In this document: piece after piece, positions 1 through 8,790 of the stretch
Layout: every line of letters starts with the position of its first letter
Numbering within the stretch: the stretch's first letter is position 1
DNA from: Candidatus Brocadiia bacterium
Lineage (GTDB): Bacteria; Planctomycetota; Brocadiia; SM23-32
DNA length: 64,000 nucleotides
Assembly (NCBI GenBank): GCA_046538485.1
Contig: JBKHIT010000023.1
Location: 1-64,000 of the forward strand
Direction: 5' to 3'
Translations under genes and position numbers: made by a program
The notes under the pieces: model-generated
The model's database searches: none
What the model was told of the DNA's origin: nothing
What the model saw: only the letters and a program-made list of their open reading frames with translations

Positions 1-216
1 TGGTCCAGCTCGGCTACGTAGTCCATCCGCCCTCCCTACGTCAGCACCAGGGTATTCGAGAAATCGCCGGTCGCCCCGTCCGTCTCCGCCACCGCCAGGA
101 TCTCCTCTTTCGACGGGATCTCGTCGTCCGGCGACAACATCGACTCGACCGCGATGTTCGCGTTCACCTCGCCGTTGTCGATCAGCCGATCGCTATTCGT
201 CTGGGTCGAGCCGGGA
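1..216 (-). other. Foreign-looking GC-rich fragment: 3' end of an acidic protein gene (stop at 36-38), then GGAGG and the start of a second gene (ATG at 26, MDYVAELD)
   Basis: Minus strand reads TQTNSDRLIDNGEVNANIAVESMLSPDDEIPSKEEILAVAETDGATGDFSNTLVLT* with GC-ending codons, then GGAGG (35-31) and ATG (26-24). Composition changes abruptly to T-rich sequence at about 220. Confidence 0.55.
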
Positions 217-1410
217 GTAGGTTTCTTCCTTTTTGTTCTGTTAGGGGTAATACAGGTTTGCTCCACTCTGGGATTAGCGAACGGAGGACGCCGCACGAGC
301 ACGGGATGGGGACTGGCGTTGCTGGCGGGTGGTATCGTTGTTTTTGTTCGGTTTGTCGGGGGTGTTTGGGAACTGCTTACCAGGTCGGCTGAGGATTTGA
401 AAGCTGGCCGAAAAGATGCCGGGGCCGGGGCATTTCAGCTGGTGGTCGACGTTTCAATGGTGCTTCTGTCAGCGATTTTTGTTTTTGGATTGACCTTTGT
501 TTTTGGTGGGCACAGTGATGCGGCCCTGTTTCAATTGCACACAATAGTTACGGGTCTTTTTTCGGGATTAATTATATGGGTTGAACAAAGCAGGTTTCTG
601 CTTTTGCAGTGGCAGGGATTTTTAGTTGCGCTGGCGTTAACCGGATGGGGGATTTTGTTCATCAATGATGAATTGCGCCGCTGCCGTGTTTCTATGTACC
701 CATGGGCCGTCCTGTTGTGGACGGCAGGGATGGTGGTGTACGGACGTGTGTGCTGGCGAACTACACAATCGTACTCGTGGCCGATTCCACCGGGGGCCAA
801 TCTTATTTTAGGAATCATTTTTGTGTTGGGAGCTGCGCTGGCGGTGACTGTAGTAACGCTTTTTATCCGCTGGTGGGGGCTGCGTCAGAGGCTCGCGGAA
901 GAACCGGCGTTGGTGGAAGAGGATTGCAGAGTGACGGGAGTTTGCAGCGGGTTGGGACGTCTTGGCCTCCTGGGGCTGTTGGCGTTAGGAGTATTCTTCG
1001 TGTCGATCTCTGTAACACATCTGGAATCGGCATTTGGACGGCAAATCTCTGCGGGATTCAACCGGGCGTGGTATGGATTTGCATTTATTGTGGAGCGTGT
1101 GCGCGTATGGGTGATGAGTGGTGGGTCGTCGGGAATTGTTTTACTTCTGGTCTCTCTTGGCTGCCTGGGAGTGCTTTTCCTTCAGTACATTGGCCAATTC
1201 AGGTCATGGAGCATACGCATTGCCGCGGCAGGGGTTTGGACGGCAGGAGGCGTCGTCCTTTTGGTGTTTGCGGGACGTTTTTTGAGAATTGGACTGGGTG
1301 GTTCGCTGAGGATTGAGGAAGCTTTTACTGTGGCACTGGCTCTCTCGCTGGGGGGCCCGCTTTTATATGCGGTTGCCAGTAGCTGGGTGTGGTTGCTGCG
1401 AGGAGAATAG
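154..1410 (+). CDS. Polytopic membrane protein of unknown function; true 5' end probably missing (authentic sequence likely begins at about 217)
   Basis: 418-aa ORF with roughly 11-12 hydrophobic segments; the first ~20 codons lie in the foreign fragment. Confidence 0.65.
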   Translation: MFAFTSPLSISRSLFVWVEPGVGFFLFVLLGVIQVCSTLGLANGGRRTSTGWGLALLAGGIVVFVRFVGGVWELLTRSAEDLKAGRKDAGAGAFQLVVDVSMVLLSAIFVFGLTFVFGGHSDAALFQLHTIVTGLFSGLIIWVEQSRFLLLQWQGFLVALALTGWGILFINDELRRCRVSMYPWAVLLWTAGMVVYGRVCWRTTQSYSWPIPPGANLILGIIFVLGAALAVTVVTLFIRWWGLRQRLAEEPALVEEDCRVTGVCSGLGRLGLLGLLALGVFFVSISVTHLESAFGRQISAGFNRAWYGFAFIVERVRVWVMSGGSSGIVLLLVSLGCLGVLFLQYIGQFRSWSIRIAAAGVWTAGGVVLLVFAGRFLRIGLGGSLRIEEAFTVALALSLGGPLLYAVASSWVWLLRGE

Positions 1411-1427
1411 TGTATTCTTTTCAGGTT

Positions 1428-3092
1428 TCACCTGTTTTTAGTGTGCGCCACCATTTCGGCGAACCATTTTGCTGCCACGCCAGGCCGGCCGCTGTGACTT
1501 CCTTCGGGAAGCATTTTCACGGTCAGGCGACGGCATCCGATACCGTTTTTCAGGAAATGGGCACCTTTGGACCCTTGTTTCTGAATAATATCCTGGTCAT
1601 CCTTCGCCCAGAAGATAAAAATGGGACGTTTACGCCAGGCACTTCTATGGTCGATGTCGATCTTTGTGCCGTAGAAATTGGCTGAGCGAAAGCAGAGGGC
1701 TTTGAAAACTGTGGGGTGGTTCATGGCTATGTAATATGTAGGAATCCCGCCATTGCTGAAACCGGTATGCAATACGTAACGCCGATCGATGTTCAGAGAT
1801 CCCAGAACCCGGTGGAGGATGGCAGAAAGCATTTTTTTGTCTCTTTTGATTCGATCCTTCATGTCACCGATCGTTCCCCTCGCTCTTGCGGACAGGTAAC
1901 TCGGGCATACAACGAAGAAATTGTATTGTTCCGCGAGCGACTTCCACTGGTCAGCCTCGCCGGGCCCACTTCCCCCTGCGCCATGGGAGCTGACGATGAG
2001 AGGCAAGGCAGGCTTGTTTGGTTGGTATGTTTTGGGAACATAAACTGCGAACTGCATGCTTTCGCTATCAGCGTTTGGTTTTGCGGAATAGACTTCCAGA
2101 CCTGGTTCATCGGAGAGCCGCAGAGCTTCCGGAAGATTCGGGTCAGGTTTGAAAGTCGACTTTCGTGTGGGTTTAGCAGGGTCGGGGATTCTTCTGGGAG
2201 GTTGGCGTTCAACTAATGATGTTTCACGGGGTGGACTGGTTGAGCTGTCGGTTTCCGCTTTTTCTTCGGACCACTTTTGAAGTTGCCCATTGAGAAAATG
2301 CAGTTTCCGGTTGTTGCCATAGGTCCAAATTTCCATTCTTCGATTTTCAGTTCCGCCCACAGTTCTCTTGTCCGGAGTTCCCAGAAGCTTTCGTACTTCG
2401 CCGGTTTTCATCCCTTTGCGAAGATCACTGAATGGGTCGTGAGGTTCCTCTTTTTTGGTTTTAGCATTGGCCAGAGCTGCTTCCGTGTCGCGAAGCTTTT
2501 TTTCGAGTGCGTCAATTTTCTCCTGAAGCTCATCGACCTGCTTGTCCCGATTGTCCAGTTTGCTCTTTACGTCTCTGAGCTGTTTTTTATTCGAGTCGAA
2601 TCGTTCTTGAAGTGAACTGAAGCGTTTCTCCTGTTTCTTAAAACTCTCTTCCCAGTCAGCGACGTCGTTTCTGGCTCTTTTAGCGGATCTTCTCGCTGTT
2701 TTAAGAGGTTCACGCTGAATGGCATAGACCAGAAACGCTCCCGCAGCGGCAGCGGCAATCGTCAGAATTGTCACAATTGGTAGACTAAGTCCTCCGGTGC
2801 GGATGGCTTTTCGAGATTGTCTTCTCCGCTGGGGGCGCTCTGAGGGTGTTTCGGCCGAAGTGTCTGCTCCAGCTGCCGAATCTTGCTCTTCTGTGGCGGG
2901 ACGTGGCTTCAGCCATTCTTTTCCACACTCAGGGCATTCTTGCTCGGGCCTTATTTCATCGACATCGATATCCGCGCCGCAATGGGGACACTGCATGAGT
3001 ATTTGGCTCCAGATTTGAGATCTATCCGAACTGCGATCATTTGCGTCGTCGGAAATATGGCTTTTTAATATCGTTTGCTTCCAATCATCCAT
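1428..3092 (-). CDS. Zn-ribbon + TM + coiled coil + SmpA/OmlA-like domain + alpha/beta-hydrolase (esterase)
   Basis: CPHC..CPEC; one TM helix; heptad-rich segment; EVRKLLGTPD..EIWTY; HGAGG and GFSNGG nucleophile elbow. Alternative start at 2996. Confidence 0.85.
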   Translation of the reverse strand: MDDWKQTILKSHISDDANDRSSDRSQIWSQILMQCPHCGADIDVDEIRPEQECPECGKEWLKPRPATEEQDSAAGADTSAETPSERPQRRRQSRKAIRTGGLSLPIVTILTIAAAAAGAFLVYAIQREPLKTARRSAKRARNDVADWEESFKKQEKRFSSLQERFDSNKKQLRDVKSKLDNRDKQVDELQEKIDALEKKLRDTEAALANAKTKKEEPHDPFSDLRKGMKTGEVRKLLGTPDKRTVGGTENRRMEIWTYGNNRKLHFLNGQLQKWSEEKAETDSSTSPPRETSLVERQPPRRIPDPAKPTRKSTFKPDPNLPEALRLSDEPGLEVYSAKPNADSESMQFAVYVPKTYQPNKPALPLIVSSHGAGGSGPGEADQWKSLAEQYNFFVVCPSYLSARARGTIGDMKDRIKRDKKMLSAILHRVLGSLNIDRRYVLHTGFSNGGIPTYYIAMNHPTVFKALCFRSANFYGTKIDIDHRSAWRKRPIFIFWAKDDQDIIQKQGSKGAHFLKNGIGCRRLTVKMLPEGSHSGRPGVAAKWFAEMVAHTKNR

Positions 3093-3233
3093 TCTGCCCG
3101 AAATGCCCCGATTTAGTCAAGAGGCCCTTGCCGTTTCTTAGAACCCGATATGCGAAGATGCAAGGGCCGAATTGTTGCGTTATAATGCAGAGAATAATTA
3201 TATATGTAAAGAAAATTCGTTTGCAGGAGGTGG

Positions 3234-3746
3234 TTGAATTTGAACGCCGATGGAAAGATAAAAGTTGCTGTGCTGGGCAACACGGTTTATGTTAAACCGC
3301 TCGGTTATGCGACGCAAGATAACAGCCTTGGTTTGCCGGGGTTCCTTCAGGCTATGTCTCGCCAGGGGTGTAAACAGGCCATTTTTGATCTCGCCGATTG
3401 TCAGGCGATGGATAGCACATTTCTCGGAGTGATCGCATCCGCCGCTATGTCAGGTGTCCGGGGAGACGCGAAGAATGTGTTGATACTTAATGCGAACGAA
3501 GAAGCAAGACGGGAATTGCAATTGGTTGGATTGCTTCCTAAGGTTGCGTTGAAAGAAGAAGAATGTGAATTGCCGGAGGAGATTGAATTTTCACAGATCG
3601 ACTTTGTTCATTTGCCCAACGATGAGCGCGAACGGGTGAAACGTATTAAAGAGTTGCATGAGGAATTGATGAAACTGAACGAGCGAAACAAAGAAAATTT
3701 CGCGAGTTTTGTAGAGATGTTGAACAAAGAGCTTCAAGAAGACTGA
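3234..3746 (+). CDS. STAS-domain anti-sigma-factor antagonist
   Basis: FDLADCQAMDSTFLG motif with the conserved phospho-acceptor Ser. GGAGG at 3226-3230 suggests a TTG start at 3240. Confidence 0.85.
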   Translation: MNLNADGKIKVAVLGNTVYVKPLGYATQDNSLGLPGFLQAMSRQGCKQAIFDLADCQAMDSTFLGVIASAAMSGVRGDAKNVLILNANEEARRELQLVGLLPKVALKEEECELPEEIEFSQIDFVHLPNDERERVKRIKELHEELMKLNERNKENFASFVEMLNKELQED

Positions 3747-3761
3747 AGGAGTGTTCAGGTC

Positions 3762-4583
3762 ATGGCCGTGCGATTTGCGATGTGCAATGAGTTTTGTGAA
3801 GGGTGGAGTTTCTCGGAAACCTGCCGGCTGGCAGCAGATGCTGGCTACGAAGGGATTGAAATCGCGCCTTTTACTATCAAAGATTCCGTGGAGGATATCA
3901 CTCCTTCAGAGCGTCAACAATTGAAAAATACTGCTGAAAAATCTGGTCTGGATGTTGTCGGGTTGCACTGGCTTCTTACAAAGCCACCGGGGATGTATAT
4001 CAATCATCCTGATGATGCGATCAGGTCGCGAACGAAGGATTATCTCAAAGCAGAGATCGATTTTTGCAGCGACCTCGGGGGAACACGGATGATTGTCGGT
4101 TCTCCCAAACAACGGAACGTTCTGGAATCTGATACCTACGAAGCCGCATGGGCCCGCACTGTTACGGTTTTCAAGGACCTTGCTCCGCACGCTGGAAACG
4201 AAGGGATTTGTCTTTGTATAGAGCCTTTAGCTCCGACCGAGACCAATTTTATCCAGACGGCTCAGGAAGCGCGTCGGATTGTGGAAGCTGTCGACCATTC
4301 TGCATTTCAAATGATGCTTGATGTAAAAGCAATGTGCGGTGATGTGGAACCGATTCCAGAGATCATCAGAAAATCATGTTCCTATGTGAGGCACTTTCAT
4401 GCCAATGACGAGGGTCTCGGGGGGCCCGGTTCCGGAGACACTGATTTTGTACCAATTGCTCGGTCTCTCGAAGAATGCGGGTATGAAGGTTGGGTTTCAG
4501 TGGAGGTATTCGACTTCTCCCCCGGACCAGAAGCCATAGCTCACGAGAGTATTACTTATTTACGGGAAGTGTTCGAAAAATGA
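3762..4583 (+). CDS. Sugar phosphate isomerase/epimerase (xylose-isomerase-like TIM barrel, tagatose/psicose 3-epimerase family)
   Basis: GYEGIEI, IEPL..ETNFI, MLD, HFHAND, WVSVEVF motifs. Confidence 0.9.
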   Translation: MAVRFAMCNEFCEGWSFSETCRLAADAGYEGIEIAPFTIKDSVEDITPSERQQLKNTAEKSGLDVVGLHWLLTKPPGMYINHPDDAIRSRTKDYLKAEIDFCSDLGGTRMIVGSPKQRNVLESDTYEAAWARTVTVFKDLAPHAGNEGICLCIEPLAPTETNFIQTAQEARRIVEAVDHSAFQMMLDVKAMCGDVEPIPEIIRKSCSYVRHFHANDEGLGGPGSGDTDFVPIARSLEECGYEGWVSVEVFDFSPGPEAIAHESITYLREVFEK

Positions 4584-4691
4584 ACGGGCGGGATGTCAGT
4601 CGGATAGCTCTCGGGCGGGGATGAAGGCTTTTCTGTGAGAATTCAGGGTAATTGTTGAATTCCTTTGTTGTAGTTCAAGAGGTGAACATCG

Positions 4692-5840
4692 ATGTCAGAA
4701 TATGAAATTACGTTGCAGATGAGTGAAAGAGGTGCAAGTTTCACCCCGGCTTCGGTAGAACTTGACATGCCAGCCGATGCCGCGGGCATAATGGGAATGA
4801 AAGATCCACTGGGCAAAAACATTCCTTTCCAGATTGAGAAACGGGGTAAAGGTTGCCGACTTCACTGGATCGTTGAAAGCGCGGCTTCGGGACAAGAACT
4901 GACTTATTCCCTGGAACCGAAGGGAGAGGAGTTTCCCGATGACAAAGTGCAGATGGTACAGGAAAAAGGGAAAATAGAGATCCGCATCGGCGACCAGCAT
5001 TTTACGACATTTCATTACGGCTCCGAGGTGCCGCGTCCTGTACTGTATCCGATTATTGGCCCTTATGGGGATGGTGTCACTCGACATTACCCGATGGAAA
5101 TTATTGAAGATGACCATACAGATCATCCACACCATCGCTCCGTCTGGGTGGCCTGGGGAGATGTCAATGGTTCAGATAATTGGTCTGAAGGTGAAGAGAG
5201 CGGGCGTCTTGAAACGGAAGAGGTTGTCCGATGCGAAGAGGGACCGGTATACGGGCTGATTCATGCCAGAAATGCATGGGTGGACGTCAACGGGAAAAAA
5301 CTGATGGAAGACGAGACCCGGTACCGTTTTTATAATTTGCCCGGTGACATGCGACTCATACAGATAAATCTTGAACTGCATGCAACCGAAGGAGACATAC
5401 GTCTCGGAGATACGAAAGAGGGCGGGCTCTGTTCAGTGCGGGTGGCTGCTCCGATGGAAGTTGACCGCGGCGGGCAAATTCAGAATTCTTTCGGCGGCGT
5501 TGACGAACCTGAGACCTGGGGAAAGCGCGCTCATTGGTGCGATTACAACGGAATGGTCAATGGATACAGGGTCGGGATCGCTATCTTCGATGACCCCGGC
5601 AATTTTCGGCATCCCACATACTGGCATGTCAGAAATTACGGACTGATGACAGCTAACCCGTTCGGGCTGTCGTATTTTCGCGCGCCCTTGGAAGTCGATG
5701 GCTCGCACACCATCCCTGCTGGCGAAAGCATGTCGTTCCGTTACGCCGTTTATGTCCATGCAGGCGATGCTTCTGAGGGCAATGTCGGGGACCGATATCT
5801 CGACTGGGTATATCCCCCGGCGGCATCGTTGCCCGAGTAG
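4692..5840 (+). CDS. PmoA-like/DUF6807 family protein (not a true methane monooxygenase)
   Basis: DHPHHRSVW, GDTKEGG, HPTYWHVRNYGLMTANPFG motifs. Confidence 0.85.
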   Translation: MSEYEITLQMSERGASFTPASVELDMPADAAGIMGMKDPLGKNIPFQIEKRGKGCRLHWIVESAASGQELTYSLEPKGEEFPDDKVQMVQEKGKIEIRIGDQHFTTFHYGSEVPRPVLYPIIGPYGDGVTRHYPMEIIEDDHTDHPHHRSVWVAWGDVNGSDNWSEGEESGRLETEEVVRCEEGPVYGLIHARNAWVDVNGKKLMEDETRYRFYNLPGDMRLIQINLELHATEGDIRLGDTKEGGLCSVRVAAPMEVDRGGQIQNSFGGVDEPETWGKRAHWCDYNGMVNGYRVGIAIFDDPGNFRHPTYWHVRNYGLMTANPFGLSYFRAPLEVDGSHTIPAGESMSFRYAVYVHAGDASEGNVGDRYLDWVYPPAASLPE

Positions 5841-6015
5841 GGGGCGGTGTTCCGTGCGAAGACGGACACAGTTCCTCAGAGCAGTCCATTTGGGCTGACC
5901 GGCCTGTTTTGTCAGTCCCCATAAGATATGAGCGGCGATTCCAGAGGGGGGATTCAGGTATCATCAAAGTCTTGCGGAAGTAAGAAGGTGATTGTAGAAA
6001 CTATCGGAGAGAGCT

Positions 6016-7218
6016 ATGAATGACATCAGTGATTTCTGGAAATTAGAGCCTCAGGCGGTGCTGAAGCCCTGGGGGCTGACTCATAAGGAAGCGTTTAACA
6101 ATACTGGTATTCGCGTGGGACTCGGCGAACTCTGGCTTGCTTCGGCTCAAACGGGAGAAGGTAACTTTGCCAGCAACATTGCCGGCTCACAGTTTAAAAA
6201 GAATCTCGCCGAACTGCTTATAAGGGCGGCGGATGCGGGAGAAAAAACTTTTAAAGAGTTCGTGGGGAAAACTCCCTATGCCATGATGAAAGACAATCCC
6301 CACCGCGGTAAAACAGAAGCCTGGTACGTTCGTAAAGCGCAGGGACGTGTTGGTTTTGCGTCCGGCCCTCGAACACAGAAACAGCTCGAAGATCTAAGGG
6401 AACTGCTCACCGGGCCGGGGCTGAGTGCGGAGATTGAGAACTGGTCGGAAGAAATCTGCGAGTTGTTCGGGCTGGTGGAATCGGTCTCGCCCGGGGATGT
6501 TTTTTTTGTTCCCGCCGGAACCCTCCATACAATGTATGGTATCGGTGAGAACAGCACATTGATCATCGATGAAATACAGCAAGGATATGGTGGAAGCCCG
6601 CTGCCGACACTCTCAAAAATACTTCTCGTCCAAAATAGCCTTTTGAGCGTGCAGGTCCATCCGGATGACGAGACGGTTCGCAGAACAGCAACGGGGGAGA
6701 TGTCAATTTCGCAGGACCTGGAGGCGAATCCGACCGTCCGCCTCTATGATTTCGGGCGAAGACCGGGTGAATATCCCGAACTCGGCTTTCGCCTGACGAC
6801 TACGGAACGGGGTTTAAGGAAAGTGGAGCCCCTGGAAGTCGCAACTGAAAATGGCGCGAAGATGAAAATGCTTGTGGCGTGTGAGGAATTCGTCAAAAGT
6901 GAATTAACCATTGACGGTGGAGAGGTCGAATTGTCACCGGTTTACGACAGTTACAGGATAGTTCACTGTGTTGAAGGTGCTTGCACGCTGGGGGCGGACG
7001 GGAAAAACTGTGATTTGGGTCAAGGCGAAACTGTTTTTGTACCTGCTGCGCTCGAAGCGAATTTGCGGATTAGCAGTAAATGCGGCTGCAGGATTTTTGA
7101 CGATTGCGTTCCGCAGCTTGGAAAACTCAAGGAATGTTTGAACGGATATGGAGCGAGTCGAGAAGATCTGCGGGGTCTTGTTGATCCCCCACGTGCGGAA
7201 ACGAGCTTTGGTGAGTGA
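6016..7218 (+). CDS. Class I mannose-6-phosphate isomerase-like cupin with permuted motif order
   Basis: KPWG, GELW, GKTEAWY, PGDVFFVPAGTLH, EIQQ, LSVQVHPDD, RLYDFGR and GETVFVPA motifs. Confidence 0.85.
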   Translation: MNDISDFWKLEPQAVLKPWGLTHKEAFNNTGIRVGLGELWLASAQTGEGNFASNIAGSQFKKNLAELLIRAADAGEKTFKEFVGKTPYAMMKDNPHRGKTEAWYVRKAQGRVGFASGPRTQKQLEDLRELLTGPGLSAEIENWSEEICELFGLVESVSPGDVFFVPAGTLHTMYGIGENSTLIIDEIQQGYGGSPLPTLSKILLVQNSLLSVQVHPDDETVRRTATGEMSISQDLEANPTVRLYDFGRRPGEYPELGFRLTTTERGLRKVEPLEVATENGAKMKMLVACEEFVKSELTIDGGEVELSPVYDSYRIVHCVEGACTLGADGKNCDLGQGETVFVPAALEANLRISSKCGCRIFDDCVPQLGKLKECLNGYGASREDLRGLVDPPRAETSFGE

Positions 7219-7323
7219 CTTTCAAAAAACGGGTCATGCTGATTTTGTAAAAAGTGGATGGTTCTGTGGCGAACCGGGCTTTTTCTTTCAATATTTTGTT
7301 TTTAATGTGGTAATACTGATGCG

Positions 7324-7971
7324 ATGTGCGAAGAACTTCAGCACAAACTGCGGCAAATGAGGTTGTACGCTCTCCTGACTGAGAAACATTGCCAGAAACC
7401 ATGGATGGAGACTGCGGAGGCCATTTTGGCGGGGGGAGCCGATGGGCTTCAAATCCGTGAGAAGGATCTCAGTGATCGTGAACTTTTATATCGTTGTCAG
7501 TGGCTGCGTGCGTTGACCAAACGGTGCTCCGTACTTTTTTTTGTGAACGATCGTGCGGATATTGCGAAGGTTGTGGGTGCAGATGGTATCCATGTCGGGC
7601 AGGATGATCTGCCTCCGGATAAGGTGCGCCGTATAATTGGTCCAGATATGCTTATTGGGATGTCGACCCACTCTATCAAACAGGCTGAACAGGCGGTGGA
7701 GATGCCGATCGACTACGTGGCGGCGGGCCCGGTCTATCCAACTAAGACGAAAGGATATGCGGAAGGGGGAGGGGCGAACCTGGTGGGCAGGATCAGTGAC
7801 GCCGTGGATTTGCCAACGGTTGCTGTTGGGGGGATCGAAACGCAAAATGTTGCTGATATGGTGGAGGCCGGGGCGTCAGCGGTAGCGGTCTGTGGCGGTT
7901 TGTGCCGATCTTCAAAACCGGCTGCAGCGGCACGGGCTTTTAAAGATGCTTTCGAAAAAGCGGGAGAATAA
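7324..7971 (+). CDS. thiE: Thiamine-phosphate synthase
   Basis: QIREK, VNDR, GIHVGQDD, GMSTH, GPVYPTKTK, AVGGI. Confidence 0.95.
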   Translation: MCEELQHKLRQMRLYALLTEKHCQKPWMETAEAILAGGADGLQIREKDLSDRELLYRCQWLRALTKRCSVLFFVNDRADIAKVVGADGIHVGQDDLPPDKVRRIIGPDMLIGMSTHSIKQAEQAVEMPIDYVAAGPVYPTKTKGYAEGGGANLVGRISDAVDLPTVAVGGIETQNVADMVEAGASAVAVCGGLCRSSKPAAAARAFKDAFEKAGE

Positions 7972-7972
7972 T

Positions 7973-8758
7973 TTGCGAGAAATCCCCGACATTTTACAAC
8001 GTATTTGCGAGAAAAAGCAGGAAGAAATTGAGGGATTGAGGCCAGATGAGAGCCGACTGAGAGATCTGGCGGAACAGGTTGATCCACCGCGTGATTTTCG
8101 CAATCGCCTCATGCTGAACGGGGACGTGGCCTTAATTGCCGAGGTTAAGAAAGCGTCGCCTTCGGCGGGCCTAATACGAGACGATTTTAATCCGACAGAT
8201 ATTGCCAAAGCTTACGAGCGTGGGGGCGCACATTGCATAAGTGTTCTGACTGATGAGCCTTTTTTCCAGGGGTGCCCGGAGTATCTACAGCAGGTGAAAG
8301 CCGCAGTGAAGATTCCGATATTGAGGAAAGAATTTATTCTGGATCCTATCCAGGTTGTCCAATCTCGATCCCTGGGAGCCGATTGTGTTCTGTTGATTGT
8401 GGCTTGTTTAAGCCGGGATCAGTTGAGTGAATTGCTCGGGTTGGCCGGTGAGTGGGGCCTTGATGCTCTGGTAGAAGCTCATGACACCGATGAGTTGGAA
8501 ATTGCTAAATCCTGTGGGGCTGAACTAATCGGGATTAACAATCGAAATTTGCGCACTTTTGAGGTGGATCTTTCGACGACACAACGTTTGGCGGCGGATT
8601 TGCCAGCTGAAACAGTTCTGGTTTCCGAGAGCGGAATCTCCGGGCCCGAAGATATTGAGCAGTTGAAACAATGTGGTGTGGACGCGGTGCTCGTAGGAGA
8701 GCTGCTCATGCGATCGGAGGATATTGAGGGGGCTGTGCGGCGGCTCAGCGGTATCTGA
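7973..8758 (+). CDS. trpC: Indole-3-glycerol phosphate synthase
   Basis: IAEVKKASPSAG, SVLTD, GINNRNL, VSESGI, LVGE. TTG start at 7973 after GGGAG; the ORF-track start at 7892 overlaps thiE. Confidence 0.95.
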   Translation: MREIPDILQRICEKKQEEIEGLRPDESRLRDLAEQVDPPRDFRNRLMLNGDVALIAEVKKASPSAGLIRDDFNPTDIAKAYERGGAHCISVLTDEPFFQGCPEYLQQVKAAVKIPILRKEFILDPIQVVQSRSLGADCVLLIVACLSRDQLSELLGLAGEWGLDALVEAHDTDELEIAKSCGAELIGINNRNLRTFEVDLSTTQRLAADLPAETVLVSESGISGPEDIEQLKQCGVDAVLVGELLMRSEDIEGAVRRLSGI

Positions 8759-8790
8759 CTGCGTGATGGGGTGACCGTTCTGTTTGCGTA

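Noticed and set aside
4692..5840. Methane oxidation inferred from the PmoA-like family label
   Set aside because: Soluble protein with no TM helices and no pmoB/pmoC; the family name is misleading.
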